A stretch of DNA of 64,000 bases from Candidatus Pullichristensenella excrementipullorum. Lineage in GTDB: Bacteria > Bacillota > Clostridia > Christensenellales > Aristaeellaceae. The DNA lies in the NCBI GenBank assembly GCA_018713365.1, contig DVOU01000025.1, positions 34,309 to 98,308 on the forward strand, read 5' to 3'. Shown here one piece after another: positions 1 to 7,626 of the stretch. The notes under the pieces were generated by a model. The model searched no databases, was not told where the DNA came from, and worked only from the letters and a program-made list of their open reading frames with translations. Each line of letters opens with the position of its first letter. Position 1 is the first letter of the stretch. A program made the translations under genes and the position numbers.

Positions 1-2
1 TG

Positions 3-101
3 AGCAACTGGGGCGAGGTCAAGAGCGGCTATCAGGCCAGCGACTATGTGATCTGGAACGAGGAATACGTGGCCGGTACGCCGGTCATCATCGCCGACTG
101 A
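3..101 (+). CDS. 3' end of unidentified CDS (partial, runs off left edge)
   Basis: The frame is open from the window edge (..SNWGEVKSGYQASDYVIWNEEYVAGTPVIIAD) to TGA at 99-101. A hairpin terminator follows directly. Too short for a family call. Confidence 0.3.
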   Translation, partial: SNWGEVKSGYQASDYVIWNEEYVAGTPVIIAD

Positions 102-102
102 C

Positions 103-140
103 GAAAGCGCCGGGAAAATAGCTCCCGGCGCTTTCTTTGC
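103..140. terminator. rho-independent-type hairpin between convergent genes
   Basis: Stem gaaagcgccggga / tcccggcgctttc with a short loop, followed by tttctttg. It lies between the partial + CDS and the 3' end of trxB. Confidence 0.6.
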
Positions 141-207
141 GGATATGCCAAGACCGCCCGTGAGGCGCGCTGCGTGCGGCCTTCGCGGGCGGTCTTTTGC
201 GGCTGTT

Positions 208-1104
208 TCAGGCGTTGGCGCTTTCTTCGAGGTAAACGCCGGCCATGTAGGCGGCCGTCGCGCCGTCGCCAACGGCGGTAGAGACCTGTCTGAGCGGCTT
301 TTTGCGGCAGTCCCCCGCCGCGAACACGCCGGGGATGGCGGTGGCGGTATCCTCGCCGGCGAGGATGTAGCCGCCCGCGTCGAGGGAGAGCTGATTTTCC
401 ACCAGCTTCGTCTGCGGCTCGACGCCCACGGCGACGAACACGCCGTCCACCGCCAGCGCACTGTCGCCCGAAAGGCGCAGAAGCAGGCCGGATCCGGCGC
501 GCTCGATGGCCGAAACGGTGGTGGTGAGCAGCATCTCCACATTTTCATTGGCACGGAGCTTTTCCACCTGCGCGCCCATCGCCCGCAGGCGGTCGCGGCG
601 GTGGATGAGGGTGACGTGGGCAAAGCGGGAGAGATAGAGCGCATCCTCCACCGCCGTATCGCCGCCGCCGATGACGGCCACGCGCTTGCCGCGGTAGAAA
701 GCGCCGTCGCAGGTGGCGCAGTAGCTGACGCCGCGGCCGATGTTTTCCAGTTCCCCGGGAACGCCAAGTTTGCGCGGCGTGGCGCCGAGGGCGAGAATGA
801 GCGCGCGGGCCTCAAGTTCGCCGCCATCCAGCGTCAAGCGCTTGTTTTCCATGTCGATCGCGCGCACCTCGGCGTACTCCGTTTCCATGCCGAAGCGGGC
901 CGCCTGATCGGCAAAAGCCATCATCAATTCCGGGCCGCCCACGCCCTCGGGAAAGCCGGGATAGTTTTCCAGACGGTCGGTGGTGGCCGCCTGTCCGCCT
1001 GGCAGACCGCGCTCGATGAGTACCGTCTTCCAGCCGGCGCGCGCGGTGTACATGCCCGCGGTCAGCCCCGCCGGGCCGCCGCCGATGATCGCAACGTCGT
1101 ACAT
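208..1104 (-). CDS. trxB: thioredoxin-disulfide reductase
   Basis: 298 aa. N-terminal FAD fold [17 protein letters not shown], redox-active CATCDG motif, and a second dinucleotide motif [12 protein letters not shown]. Confidence 0.9.
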   Translation of the reverse strand: MYDVAIIGGGPAGLTAGMYTARAGWKTVLIERGLPGGQAATTDRLENYPGFPEGVGGPELMMAFADQAARFGMETEYAEVRAIDMENKRLTLDGGELEARALILALGATPRKLGVPGELENIGRGVSYCATCDGAFYRGKRVAVIGGGDTAVEDALYLSRFAHVTLIHRRDRLRAMGAQVEKLRANENVEMLLTTTVSAIERAGSGLLLRLSGDSALAVDGVFVAVGVEPQTKLVENQLSLDAGGYILAGEDTATAIPGVFAAGDCRKKPLRQVSTAVGDGATAAYMAGVYLEESANA

Positions 1105-1137
1105 ACGCTTTCCTCCCCCATGCGCCTCCGGGCGCGT

Positions 1138-1734
1138 TTACAGCTCCCGCCGCCCCTGAAAGGCGCGGGAGAGCGTCACTTCGTCGGTATATTCCAGTTC
1201 GCCGCCCACCGGCACGCCGTGGGCGATGCGCGTCACCCGGATGCCCATGGGCTTGATCAGGCGCGAGATGTAGGCCGCCGTGGCTTCGCCCTCCACATCC
1301 GGGTTGGTGGCCAGCACGACCTCCTGGATCTCGCCCTCGGCAAGGCGCGAGAGCAGCTCGCGGATGCGTATGTCGTCCGGCCCCACACCGTCCATGGGCG
1401 AGATGACCCCGTGGAGCACGTGGTAAAGGCCGTTGTAGTCGCGCATGCGTTCAAAGGCGTTGACATCGCGCGGGTCGCGCACGACGCAGACGATGTCCCG
1501 CCGCCGCGAGGCGTCCGAGCAGATGGGACACTTTTCCCCGTCGGTATAGTTGCCGCACACGGGGCAGAGGTGAACTTTTTTCTTGCCCTCAAAGATGGCC
1601 ACCGCCAACTCGCGCACGCGCTCCTCATCCATGCCGACGATGTGATAGGCGAGCCGCTGCGCGGTCTTGCGCCCGATGCCGGGGAGCTTGGAGAGCTGGT
1701 TGGTCAGTTTGGCGATGGCCTCGACCTCCGCCAT
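1138..1734 (-). CDS. recR: recombination protein RecR
   Basis: 198 aa. HhH motif [16 protein letters not shown]4 zinc finger CPVCGN..CPIC, and a Toprim-like C-terminal half. It sits immediately downstream of ybaB, as in most bacteria. Confidence 0.95.
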   Translation of the reverse strand: MAEVEAIAKLTNQLSKLPGIGRKTAQRLAYHIVGMDEERVRELAVAIFEGKKKVHLCPVCGNYTDGEKCPICSDASRRRDIVCVVRDPRDVNAFERMRDYNGLYHVLHGVISPMDGVGPDDIRIRELLSRLAEGEIQEVVLATNPDVEGEATAAYISRLIKPMGIRVTRIAHGVPVGGELEYTDEVTLSRAFQGRREL

Positions 1735-1737
1735 GGA

Positions 1738-2082
1738 TCAGAACAGGCCGGGCATGCCCATGCCGCCGGTCAGTTTGCCCATCTCGCGCTCGGCGGTGTC
1801 CGCCGCGGTGCGCAGGGCCTCGTTGACGGCCGCCATCACCATGTCCTCGAGCATCTCCACATCGTCGGGATCGACGGCCTCAGGCTTGATGGTGAGGTCG
1901 AGCAGCTCGCGCTTGCCGTTGACCTTGGCCGTGACCATGCCGCCGCCGGACGTGGCCTCAAATTCGCGCGCGTCCAGTTCTTCCTGCGCCTTGGCCATCT
2001 GCTGCTGGAGCTTCTGCGCCTGCCGGGCCAGCTGCTGCATGTTCGCGCCGCCCATCATGCCGGGAAATCCGCCTCTTGCCAT
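1738..2082 (-). CDS. ybaB: YbaB/EbfC family nucleoid-associated protein
   Basis: Sequence [29 protein letters not shown]... is typical YbaB. I chose the ATG at 2082 with GGAGGAGG 8 nt upstream; the track ORF start at 2100 is a TTG inside that RBS. Confidence 0.9.
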   Translation of the reverse strand: MARGGFPGMMGGANMQQLARQAQKLQQQMAKAQEELDAREFEATSGGGMVTAKVNGKRELLDLTIKPEAVDPDDVEMLEDMVMAAVNEALRTAADTAEREMGKLTGGMGMPGLF

Positions 2083-2117
2083 GGAAATATCCTCCTCCAA
2101 AACGTTTCTGCTGGTCT

Positions 2118-2146
2118 ATTATAGCAATTTCCCGCGGAGAATGCAA
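2118..2146 (-). promoter_or_regulatory. sigmaA-type promoter for ybaB-recR
   Basis: The minus strand reads TTGCAT-17 nt-TATAAT about 35 nt upstream of the ybaB RBS. Confidence 0.5.
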
Positions 2147-2164
2147 TAATTCACGCGCTTTTCG

Positions 2165-2193
2165 TTGACATTGACGGCGCATTTTGCTATAAT
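2165..2193 (+). promoter_or_regulatory. sigmaA-type promoter for the alaS leader
   Basis: TTGACA (2165-2170), a 17 nt spacer, then TATAAT (2188-2193). Confidence 0.6.
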
Positions 2194-2195
2194 CA

Positions 2196-2450
2196 CCCTT
2201 GCAAACATGGATGGCCAAGAGGAAAAAGTTCGCGCCGTGGCTCAAGAGAGCGGATGTTCGGTGAAAATCCGCGCCGGAAGCGTGAACGTGCCGCCTCGGG
2301 CGCGCAAGCGCCGGCTCCGCGCAGGAAATGGCGCGGCGGTCTGCCCCCGTTACCGGGCGCGAGTGGGTCTTCCCCGCGAAGGCCAATCAGGGTGGTACCG
2401 CGAAACGCGCCTTTTCGTCCTTGAACGCGAAAGGCGCTTCATTTTTGGGA
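2196..2450 (+). promoter_or_regulatory. T-box riboswitch leader (alaS)
   Basis: Stem I elements AGAGAG and GGTGAAAA are present. The conserved T-box sequence AATCAGGGTGGTACCGCG lies at 2385-2402. A terminator hairpin (gcgccttttcg..cgaaaggcgc) plus ATTTTT follows at about 2404-2446. Specifier codon not confidently assigned (GCC or GCG candidates). Confidence 0.85.
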
Positions 2451-2468
2451 ATATGGAGGAAGGTCAGC

Positions 2469-4490
2469 ATGAACGTCAACATCAAAAGCTCCAACGACCT
2501 GCGCAGCCTGTTTTTGAAGTTCTTTCAGCAGAAGAACCACGCCGTCATCCCCAGCGCTTCGCTGATCCCGGAAAACGACCCCACGGTTTTGTTCACCACC
2601 GCCGGCATGCACCCGCTGGTGCCCTATCTTCTGGGCGCGAAGCACCCCATGGGCACGCGGCTGACGGATGTGCAGAAGTGCATCCGCACCGGCGACATCG
2701 ACGACGTGGGCGACCCCAGCCACCTCACCTTCTTTGAGATGCTGGGCAACTGGTCGCTGGGCGATTACTTCAAGAAGGAAGCCATTTCCTGGAGCTGGGA
2801 GTTTTTGACCAGCCCGGAATGGCTCGGCATCGACAAGGACCGCCTCGCCTTCTCCGTGTTCGCCGGCAACGAGGACTGCCCGCGCGACGAGGAGGCAGCC
2901 AACCTGTGGCGCGAGATGGGCGTCAAGGACGACCACATCTTCTACCTGCCCAAGGAGAACAACTGGTGGGGCCCCGCCGGCCTGACCGGCCCCTGCGGCC
3001 CGGACACGGAGATGTTCATCATCACCGACAAGGAGCCCTGCGGCCCGGATTGCTCCCCCGCCTGCTCCTGCGGGCGCTATCTGGAGATCTGGAACGACGT
3101 GTTCATGCAGTACGACAAGCAGGCCGACGGCTCCTTCAAGCCCCTGAAGCAGAAGAACGTCGATACCGGCATGGGCCTGGAGCGCACCTACTGCGTGCTG
3201 ATGGGCGCGAAGTCCGTCTACGAGACCGACATCTTCGCCGGCATCCTCGCCAGGATCGGCGAGTTGAGCGGCAAGACCTACGGCGAAAATGAAGAAGTGA
3301 CCAAGTCCTTCCGCATCATCGCCGACCACATGCGCACCGCCACCTTCATCATCGGCGACGACCGCGGCGTGACCCCCTCCAACGTCGACCAGGGCTACGT
3401 GCTGCGCCGCCTCATCCGCCGCGCCGTGCGCCACGGCATGCAGATCGGCATGCCCGAAGGCTCCACGCCGCAGATCGCCAAGGTCATCATCGACCAGTAT
3501 GGCGACGTATACCCCGAGCTGCGACGCAACGAGGCGCACATCCTCGAACAGCTCAAGCTGGAGGAAGACCGCTTCCAGCGCACGCTGAAGAAGGGCACCA
3601 GCGAGTTTGAAAAGGTCTTTGGCAACGTCAAGCGCGCCACCGACGCCTTTAACGCGCTGGAGGCAAAGTTCCGCGAAGCCTTTGAGGGCGAAGAGGGCAG
3701 GAAGCTGGCCGAAGCCATGCAGGTGGCGCAGAACGTCGGCTCCACGCTGCGCCCGACACCGGAGATGGTCGAGATCATCGAAAACGTCAAGAAGTTCCGC
3801 GAGGCGCTGGAGACCATCCGCGACTTCGGCGAGAAGATGAAGAAGTACGCCGGTTCCTTCGGCACCATCGACGGCCGCAGCGCCTTCAAGCTCTACGACA
3901 CCTACGGCTTCCCCATCGAACTGACGATGGAGATGGCGCACGAAAAGGGCATCGAGGTGGACGAGAAGGGCTTTGAGGAGCGCTTCAAGCAGCATCAGGC
4001 CACCAGCCACGCCGGCGCGGAGCAGCGCTTCAAGGGCGGTCTGGCCGACAACACCGAGGAGACGGCCAAATTGCACACCGCCACCCACCTTCTGCACGCG
4101 GCGCTGCGCAAGGTACTGGGCAACGAGGTGGCGCAGAAGGGCTCCAACATCACCGCCGAGCGCCTGCGCTTCGACTTCTCCTTCGGCCGCAAGATGACGC
4201 CGGAAGAGCTTGCCGAGGTGGAGCGCCTGGTCAACGAGGCCATTCAAGCCAACGTGCCCGTCACCTGCGAGGAGATGACTGTGGACGAGGCCAAGGCGCA
4301 GGGCGCCATCGGCCTGTTTACCTCCAAGTACGGCGAGCGCGTCAAGGTCTACACCATGGGCAACTTCTCCAAGGAGATCTGCGGCGGCCCGCACGCCAGC
4401 AACACCGGCGATCTCAAGTCCTTCAAGATCAAGAAGGAAGAGAGTTCCTCCGCCGGCGTACGCCGCATCAAGGCGGTCATCGGACAGTAA
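2469..4490 (+). CDS. alaS: alanine--tRNA ligase, short form (catalytic, tRNA-recognition and editing domains; no C-Ala domain)
   Basis: 673 aa from the ATG at 2469, with GGAGGAAGG upstream. The N-terminus LRSLFLKFFQQKNHAVIPSASLIPENDPTVLFTTAGM is class II AlaRS. Editing-site motifs HTATHLLHAAL and CGGPH are present. The protein ends about 25 aa after the editing domain. Confidence 0.9.
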   Translation: MNVNIKSSNDLRSLFLKFFQQKNHAVIPSASLIPENDPTVLFTTAGMHPLVPYLLGAKHPMGTRLTDVQKCIRTGDIDDVGDPSHLTFFEMLGNWSLGDYFKKEAISWSWEFLTSPEWLGIDKDRLAFSVFAGNEDCPRDEEAANLWREMGVKDDHIFYLPKENNWWGPAGLTGPCGPDTEMFIITDKEPCGPDCSPACSCGRYLEIWNDVFMQYDKQADGSFKPLKQKNVDTGMGLERTYCVLMGAKSVYETDIFAGILARIGELSGKTYGENEEVTKSFRIIADHMRTATFIIGDDRGVTPSNVDQGYVLRRLIRRAVRHGMQIGMPEGSTPQIAKVIIDQYGDVYPELRRNEAHILEQLKLEEDRFQRTLKKGTSEFEKVFGNVKRATDAFNALEAKFREAFEGEEGRKLAEAMQVAQNVGSTLRPTPEMVEIIENVKKFREALETIRDFGEKMKKYAGSFGTIDGRSAFKLYDTYGFPIELTMEMAHEKGIEVDEKGFEERFKQHQATSHAGAEQRFKGGLADNTEETAKLHTATHLLHAALRKVLGNEVAQKGSNITAERLRFDFSFGRKMTPEELAEVERLVNEAIQANVPVTCEEMTVDEAKAQGAIGLFTSKYGERVKVYTMGNFSKEICGGPHASNTGDLKSFKIKKEESSSAGVRRIKAVIGQ

Positions 4491-4503
4491 CGGTATTTTC
4501 GCT

Positions 4504-4535
4504 CGCCCCGCACGCACGCGGGGCGGGCTTTTATG
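4504..4535 (+). terminator. rho-independent terminator after alaS
   Basis: Hairpin cgccccgc-acgcac-gcggggcg followed by ggctttta. Confidence 0.55.
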
Positions 4536-4548
4536 GGAGGAAAAGACA

Positions 4549-5913
4549 ATGGCGAAATTTTCCGCGATGAGCCTTGCTGAACTGACCCGGCCCGAGGGAT
4601 ACGACTGCGCCTGCGGCAAGCATCACGCCGTGGATCTGCCCTGGATACGCATCGGGCGCGGCGCGCTCAACGCGCTTCCCGAGGCGCTCAAAGCTGTGGA
4701 CGCCCATCACCCCTTCGTGGTCTGCGACGACAACACCTACCGCGCCGCGGGCGCGCGCGTGGAAGAGGTGCTGAAAGGGGCGGGCGTGCCCTTCCAAACC
4801 TACATCGTTCCCTGCCGGCACGACCGCATCGCCCCCTCGGAGTGGGAACTTGGCTCGATGATGATGCACTTCGACCCTGCCTGCGATTTCATCCTCGGCG
4901 TCGGCTCCGGCGTGATCAACGACTTGAGCAAGGTGTTCGCCCACGCCACGGGCCGCAAGAGCGGCATCGTCGGCACCGCGCCTTCCATGGACGGCTTTGC
5001 CTCCAACTCCGCCTCCATGGAGGTCAACAACGTCAAGTCCACGCTCTACAACGCCTCCCCCGCCTTCATCCTGCTGGATACGCAGATCCTCGCGCAGGCC
5101 CCAGAGCGCATGCTCTGGGCGGGGCTGGGCGATATGGCGGCCAAGTACTGCTCCGTGTGCGAATGGCGCATCGCCAACATCGTCATCGGCGAATACTACT
5201 GCGAAGAAGTAGCGGACATGATGCGCGTGTCGCTGAAAAAGATCATGGCCGCCGCGCCGCGGCTGATGAGCCGCGACCCCGACGCCGTACAGCCCATTGC
5301 CGAAGGGCTGGTGACGGCAGGATTGGCCATGGCTTACGCGCAGGTCTCGCGCCCGGCTTCCGGGTTGGAACACTACTTCTCCCACGTATGGGAAATGCAG
5401 GCGCTGGAGCGCGGCGTGCCTTACGACCTGCACGGCATACAGGTGGGCGTGGGCACGATGCTGACCTTCCAGGTGCTTGCCTGGCTTAGGCAGATTAAGC
5501 CCGACCGCGCGCGCGCGGAAAAGCACATGCGCGAGTTTGACGAGGGCGCGTGGGCGGAGAACATCCGCCGCATCTTTGGCAAGACCGCCGATGAGATATT
5601 GCGCGCGGAGAAGAAGTTCCGCAAAAACGACCCCGCCGCCCACCAGAAGCGGCTCGACACCATCCTCTCCCATTGGGACGAGATCATGCGCGCCATCGAC
5701 GAGGAGATGCCCTCGCTGGACGAGCTGCGCGCCGTGCTTGAGCCGACCGGCATGCCGCTGACCCCGGCGGACATCGGCATTTCCGCGCAGGACGTGGCCG
5801 ACGCCTTCGTCGGTTCGCGCGACATCCGCGACAAGTACCTGTGCAGCTCGCTTCTGTGGGATCTCGGCCTCATGGATGAGTTCGCGCAGCGGCTCAAGGA
5901 CGCGCAGGCGTAA
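4549..5913 (+). CDS. iron-containing alcohol dehydrogenase family protein, sn-glycerol-1-phosphate dehydrogenase (AraM/EgsA)-like
   Basis: 454 aa. The sequence FVVCDDNTY..ILGVGSGVINDLSKV..APSMDGFASNSASM..GLGDMAAKY resembles the G1PDH-like subgroup of the DHQS/Fe-ADH superfamily. Recognised by eye only. Confidence 0.65.
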   Translation: MAKFSAMSLAELTRPEGYDCACGKHHAVDLPWIRIGRGALNALPEALKAVDAHHPFVVCDDNTYRAAGARVEEVLKGAGVPFQTYIVPCRHDRIAPSEWELGSMMMHFDPACDFILGVGSGVINDLSKVFAHATGRKSGIVGTAPSMDGFASNSASMEVNNVKSTLYNASPAFILLDTQILAQAPERMLWAGLGDMAAKYCSVCEWRIANIVIGEYYCEEVADMMRVSLKKIMAAAPRLMSRDPDAVQPIAEGLVTAGLAMAYAQVSRPASGLEHYFSHVWEMQALERGVPYDLHGIQVGVGTMLTFQVLAWLRQIKPDRARAEKHMREFDEGAWAENIRRIFGKTADEILRAEKKFRKNDPAAHQKRLDTILSHWDEIMRAIDEEMPSLDELRAVLEPTGMPLTPADIGISAQDVADAFVGSRDIRDKYLCSSLLWDLGLMDEFAQRLKDAQA

Positions 5914-5948
5914 GCGCCTCCGCCCTACGGCGCGGCATTTATGCAAAA

Positions 5949-5988
5949 CGCCCCATCCCCCGCAAAGGGAATGGGGCGCTGGTTTTTG
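5949..5988. terminator. hairpin terminator between convergent genes
   Basis: Hairpin cgccccatccc-ccgcaaa-gggaatggggcg followed by ctggttttt. Confidence 0.6.
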
Positions 5989-5993
5989 GAGGC

Positions 5994-7004
5994 TTATTCC
6001 GCTTCCACAGCGGGGTCGATGGCCTGCATGGCCTCTTCGAGGTAACTGAGCAGCTCGTCCTCCGTGAGGTAGAGGCCCTCGGTGTAGGTGGCAAGGCCCT
6101 CGGCGTCCACGGGAGTCTCGGTGGTGCCATTGACGTAGATGTGGATGGTGACGCAGTAGTCCTTGGTGAGCTTGGAAGTCACATAGGCGGAGAACGCCTG
6201 CTGGCAATCGTAGCGCTCCAGCGCAGCTTCCGTCTCCTCCTCGGCCGTCTCCGCGTCGGCGGTGGTCTCGTCGGCAGCGGCTTCGTCCGTGGTGGTATCG
6301 TCCGTGGCGGTCGCGTCGGCGGTATCGTCCGTGGCCGTCTCGTCCGTGGCGGTCTCGGCGGCGGTATCGTTCGTGGCCGTCTCGTCCGTGGCGGTATCGG
6401 TGGCTGCGGTATCGTCCGTGGCCGTCTCGTCCGTGGTCGTCTCGTCCGTGGTCGTCTCGTCCGTGGTCTCATCGGCGACGATGTACTCGGCGGTGCTGAT
6501 CAAATAGGCGACGTCGCGGCCGTCCAGTTCGAGGCTGCCCTGCGTGTCGATGGGGCGGCCGTTCATAGCGTAGTTGTACACGCTTCTCGCAATCAGTTCA
6601 TCCGGCGGGTACGAACCGCTGGAGATGCGGATATAGTCGATGGGGGAAGTTTCATCTTCTGGCGTATAGACAAAGGTGGCGAGGTTGGCGTTGGCGGAGT
6701 TTTCCTCGCGCTCGCGCGTGTAGCCCTCGAGTTCGCCGACCTCGGCGACCTTGAAGTACTTGGTCTCATCGCCGATATGATCCTGCACGATGACGCTGTT
6801 GTCAAAGTTCTCCGTCTGCACGGCGCCGTCGACCACGTCGAGGGAGCCGTCGTCGTAGAGGAGGTTGAACAGAAGGATGGCCAGCGCGATGACCGCGACG
6901 ATCGCCACCAGGGCGATGATCTCTTTCTTGGTCAGAAACGGCTTTTTCTGCACCGTCTTGCGGTAGCCCTTGGAGCGGGCGGAGGTCTTGGCTTTCTTAG
7001 CCAT
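5994..7004 (-). CDS. single-pass membrane protein with an acidic Thr/Asp/Glu repeat region (hypothetical)
   Basis: 336 aa. It has a basic N-terminus, one TM helix (IIALVAIVAVIALAILLFNLL), a globular segment, about 80 aa of (T/A)D(E/D)T repeats, and a C-terminal globular segment. GGA-rich RBS present. No family recognised. Confidence 0.6.
   Translation of the reverse strand: MAKKAKTSARSKGYRKTVQKKPFLTKKEIIALVAIVAVIALAILLFNLLYDDGSLDVVDGAVQTENFDNSVIVQDHIGDETKYFKVAEVGELEGYTREREENSANANLATFVYTPEDETSPIDYIRISSGSYPPDELIARSVYNYAMNGRPIDTQGSLELDGRDVAYLISTAEYIVADETTDETTTDETTTDETATDDTAATDTATDETATNDTAAETATDETATDDTADATATDDTTTDEAAADETTADAETAEEETEAALERYDCQQAFSAYVTSKLTKDYCVTIHIYVNGTTETPVDAEGLATYTEGLYLTEDELLSYLEEAMQAIDPAVEAE
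6245..6476 (-). repeat. in-frame degenerate 12/15-nt tandem repeats (encode the TDET.. tract)
   Basis: Repeated gtcgtctcgtccgtg / gccgtctcgtccgtg / ggtatcgtccgtg units are visible on the + strand. On the minus strand they translate to ADETTDETTTDETTTDETATDDTAATD... Confidence 0.8.
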
Positions 7005-7094
7005 GGGGATCAGTCCTTTCCTGCTTTGTGCGGTTTGAAAATTATTTTATCACACTTTTCCCCGTTTGTCCACACGAAAACAATTTTGCGCATG

Positions 7095-7127
7095 AGAAAA
7101 CCGGCGCCCCATTCGGGACGCCGGCTT
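7095..7127 (-). terminator. rho-independent terminator after the zinc-ribbon gene
   Basis: The minus strand reads agccggcgtcccgaatggggcgccggttttc (stem ccggcg/cgccgg, then a T run). Confidence 0.6.
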
Positions 7128-7157
7128 GCGTTCGCCCAAGCGACGCGGCGGCGCTTC

Positions 7158-7448
7158 TTAGAAGCGGCCCTGACGATGCGCCTCGAAGCAGGCACGGCAG
7201 TAGACCGGACGGTCTCCGCGCGGCTGGAAGGGCACCTGCGTGGGCTGGCCGCAGCCATCGCAGATCACATCGTACATCTGACGCTCGCCACGAGCGCCGC
7301 CATTGTTCTGGCGACGGGCGGCACGGCAGGCCGGGCAACGGCCGGGCTCGTTCTGGAAGCCCTTCTCGGCGTAGAACTGCTGCTCGGAAGCGGTGAACAC
7401 GAACTCCGCGCCGCACTCACGGCAAACCAACGTCTTGTCCTCAAACAT
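7158..7448 (-). CDS. zinc-ribbon domain protein (two CxxC pairs x2)
   Basis: 96 aa from the ATG at 7448, with AGGAGGG 8 nt upstream. Sequence is MFEDKTLVCRECGAEFVFTASEQQFYAEKGFQNEPGRCPACR...VICDGCGQPTQVPFQPRGDRPVYCRACF. Family recognised by eye only. Confidence 0.75.
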   Translation of the reverse strand: MFEDKTLVCRECGAEFVFTASEQQFYAEKGFQNEPGRCPACRAARRQNNGGARGERQMYDVICDGCGQPTQVPFQPRGDRPVYCRACFEAHRQGRF

Positions 7449-7578
7449 GGAAAAAACCCTCCTAATTGATGTGCCCATACGATGACCTGTCTTGATGCCG
7501 AGTCCTGTCATCGGTAGAGTCACCAACGGAGGGATACGGTTCTAAGAGCATTCTATCGGGGCTGGACGTATTATAGCA
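7449..7578 (-). promoter_or_regulatory. extended -10 promoter plus ~115 nt structured 5' leader with an anti-SD
   Basis: The minus strand has TGcTATAAT (+ strand 7570-7578). The leader contains CCCTCC (+ strand 7528-7533), complementary to the SD GGAGGG (7457-7462). These enclose a 7 bp hairpin CGATGAC..GTCATCG. Confidence 0.35.
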
Positions 7579-7626
7579 TAACACGCGCGGAAAGTACAGC
7601 CCTTTTCAAAATTTTTCACCGCAATT

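Noticed and set aside
145-2124. 659 aa plus-strand ORF over trxB/recR/ybaB
   Set aside because: It is a shadow ORF antisense to three strongly recognisable genes. Its composition is Ala/Gly/Arg-rich and it has no motifs.
2439-4619. 726 aa minus-strand ORF over alaS
   Set aside because: It is antisense to alaS, which has clear class II and editing motifs and a T-box leader. It is a shadow frame.
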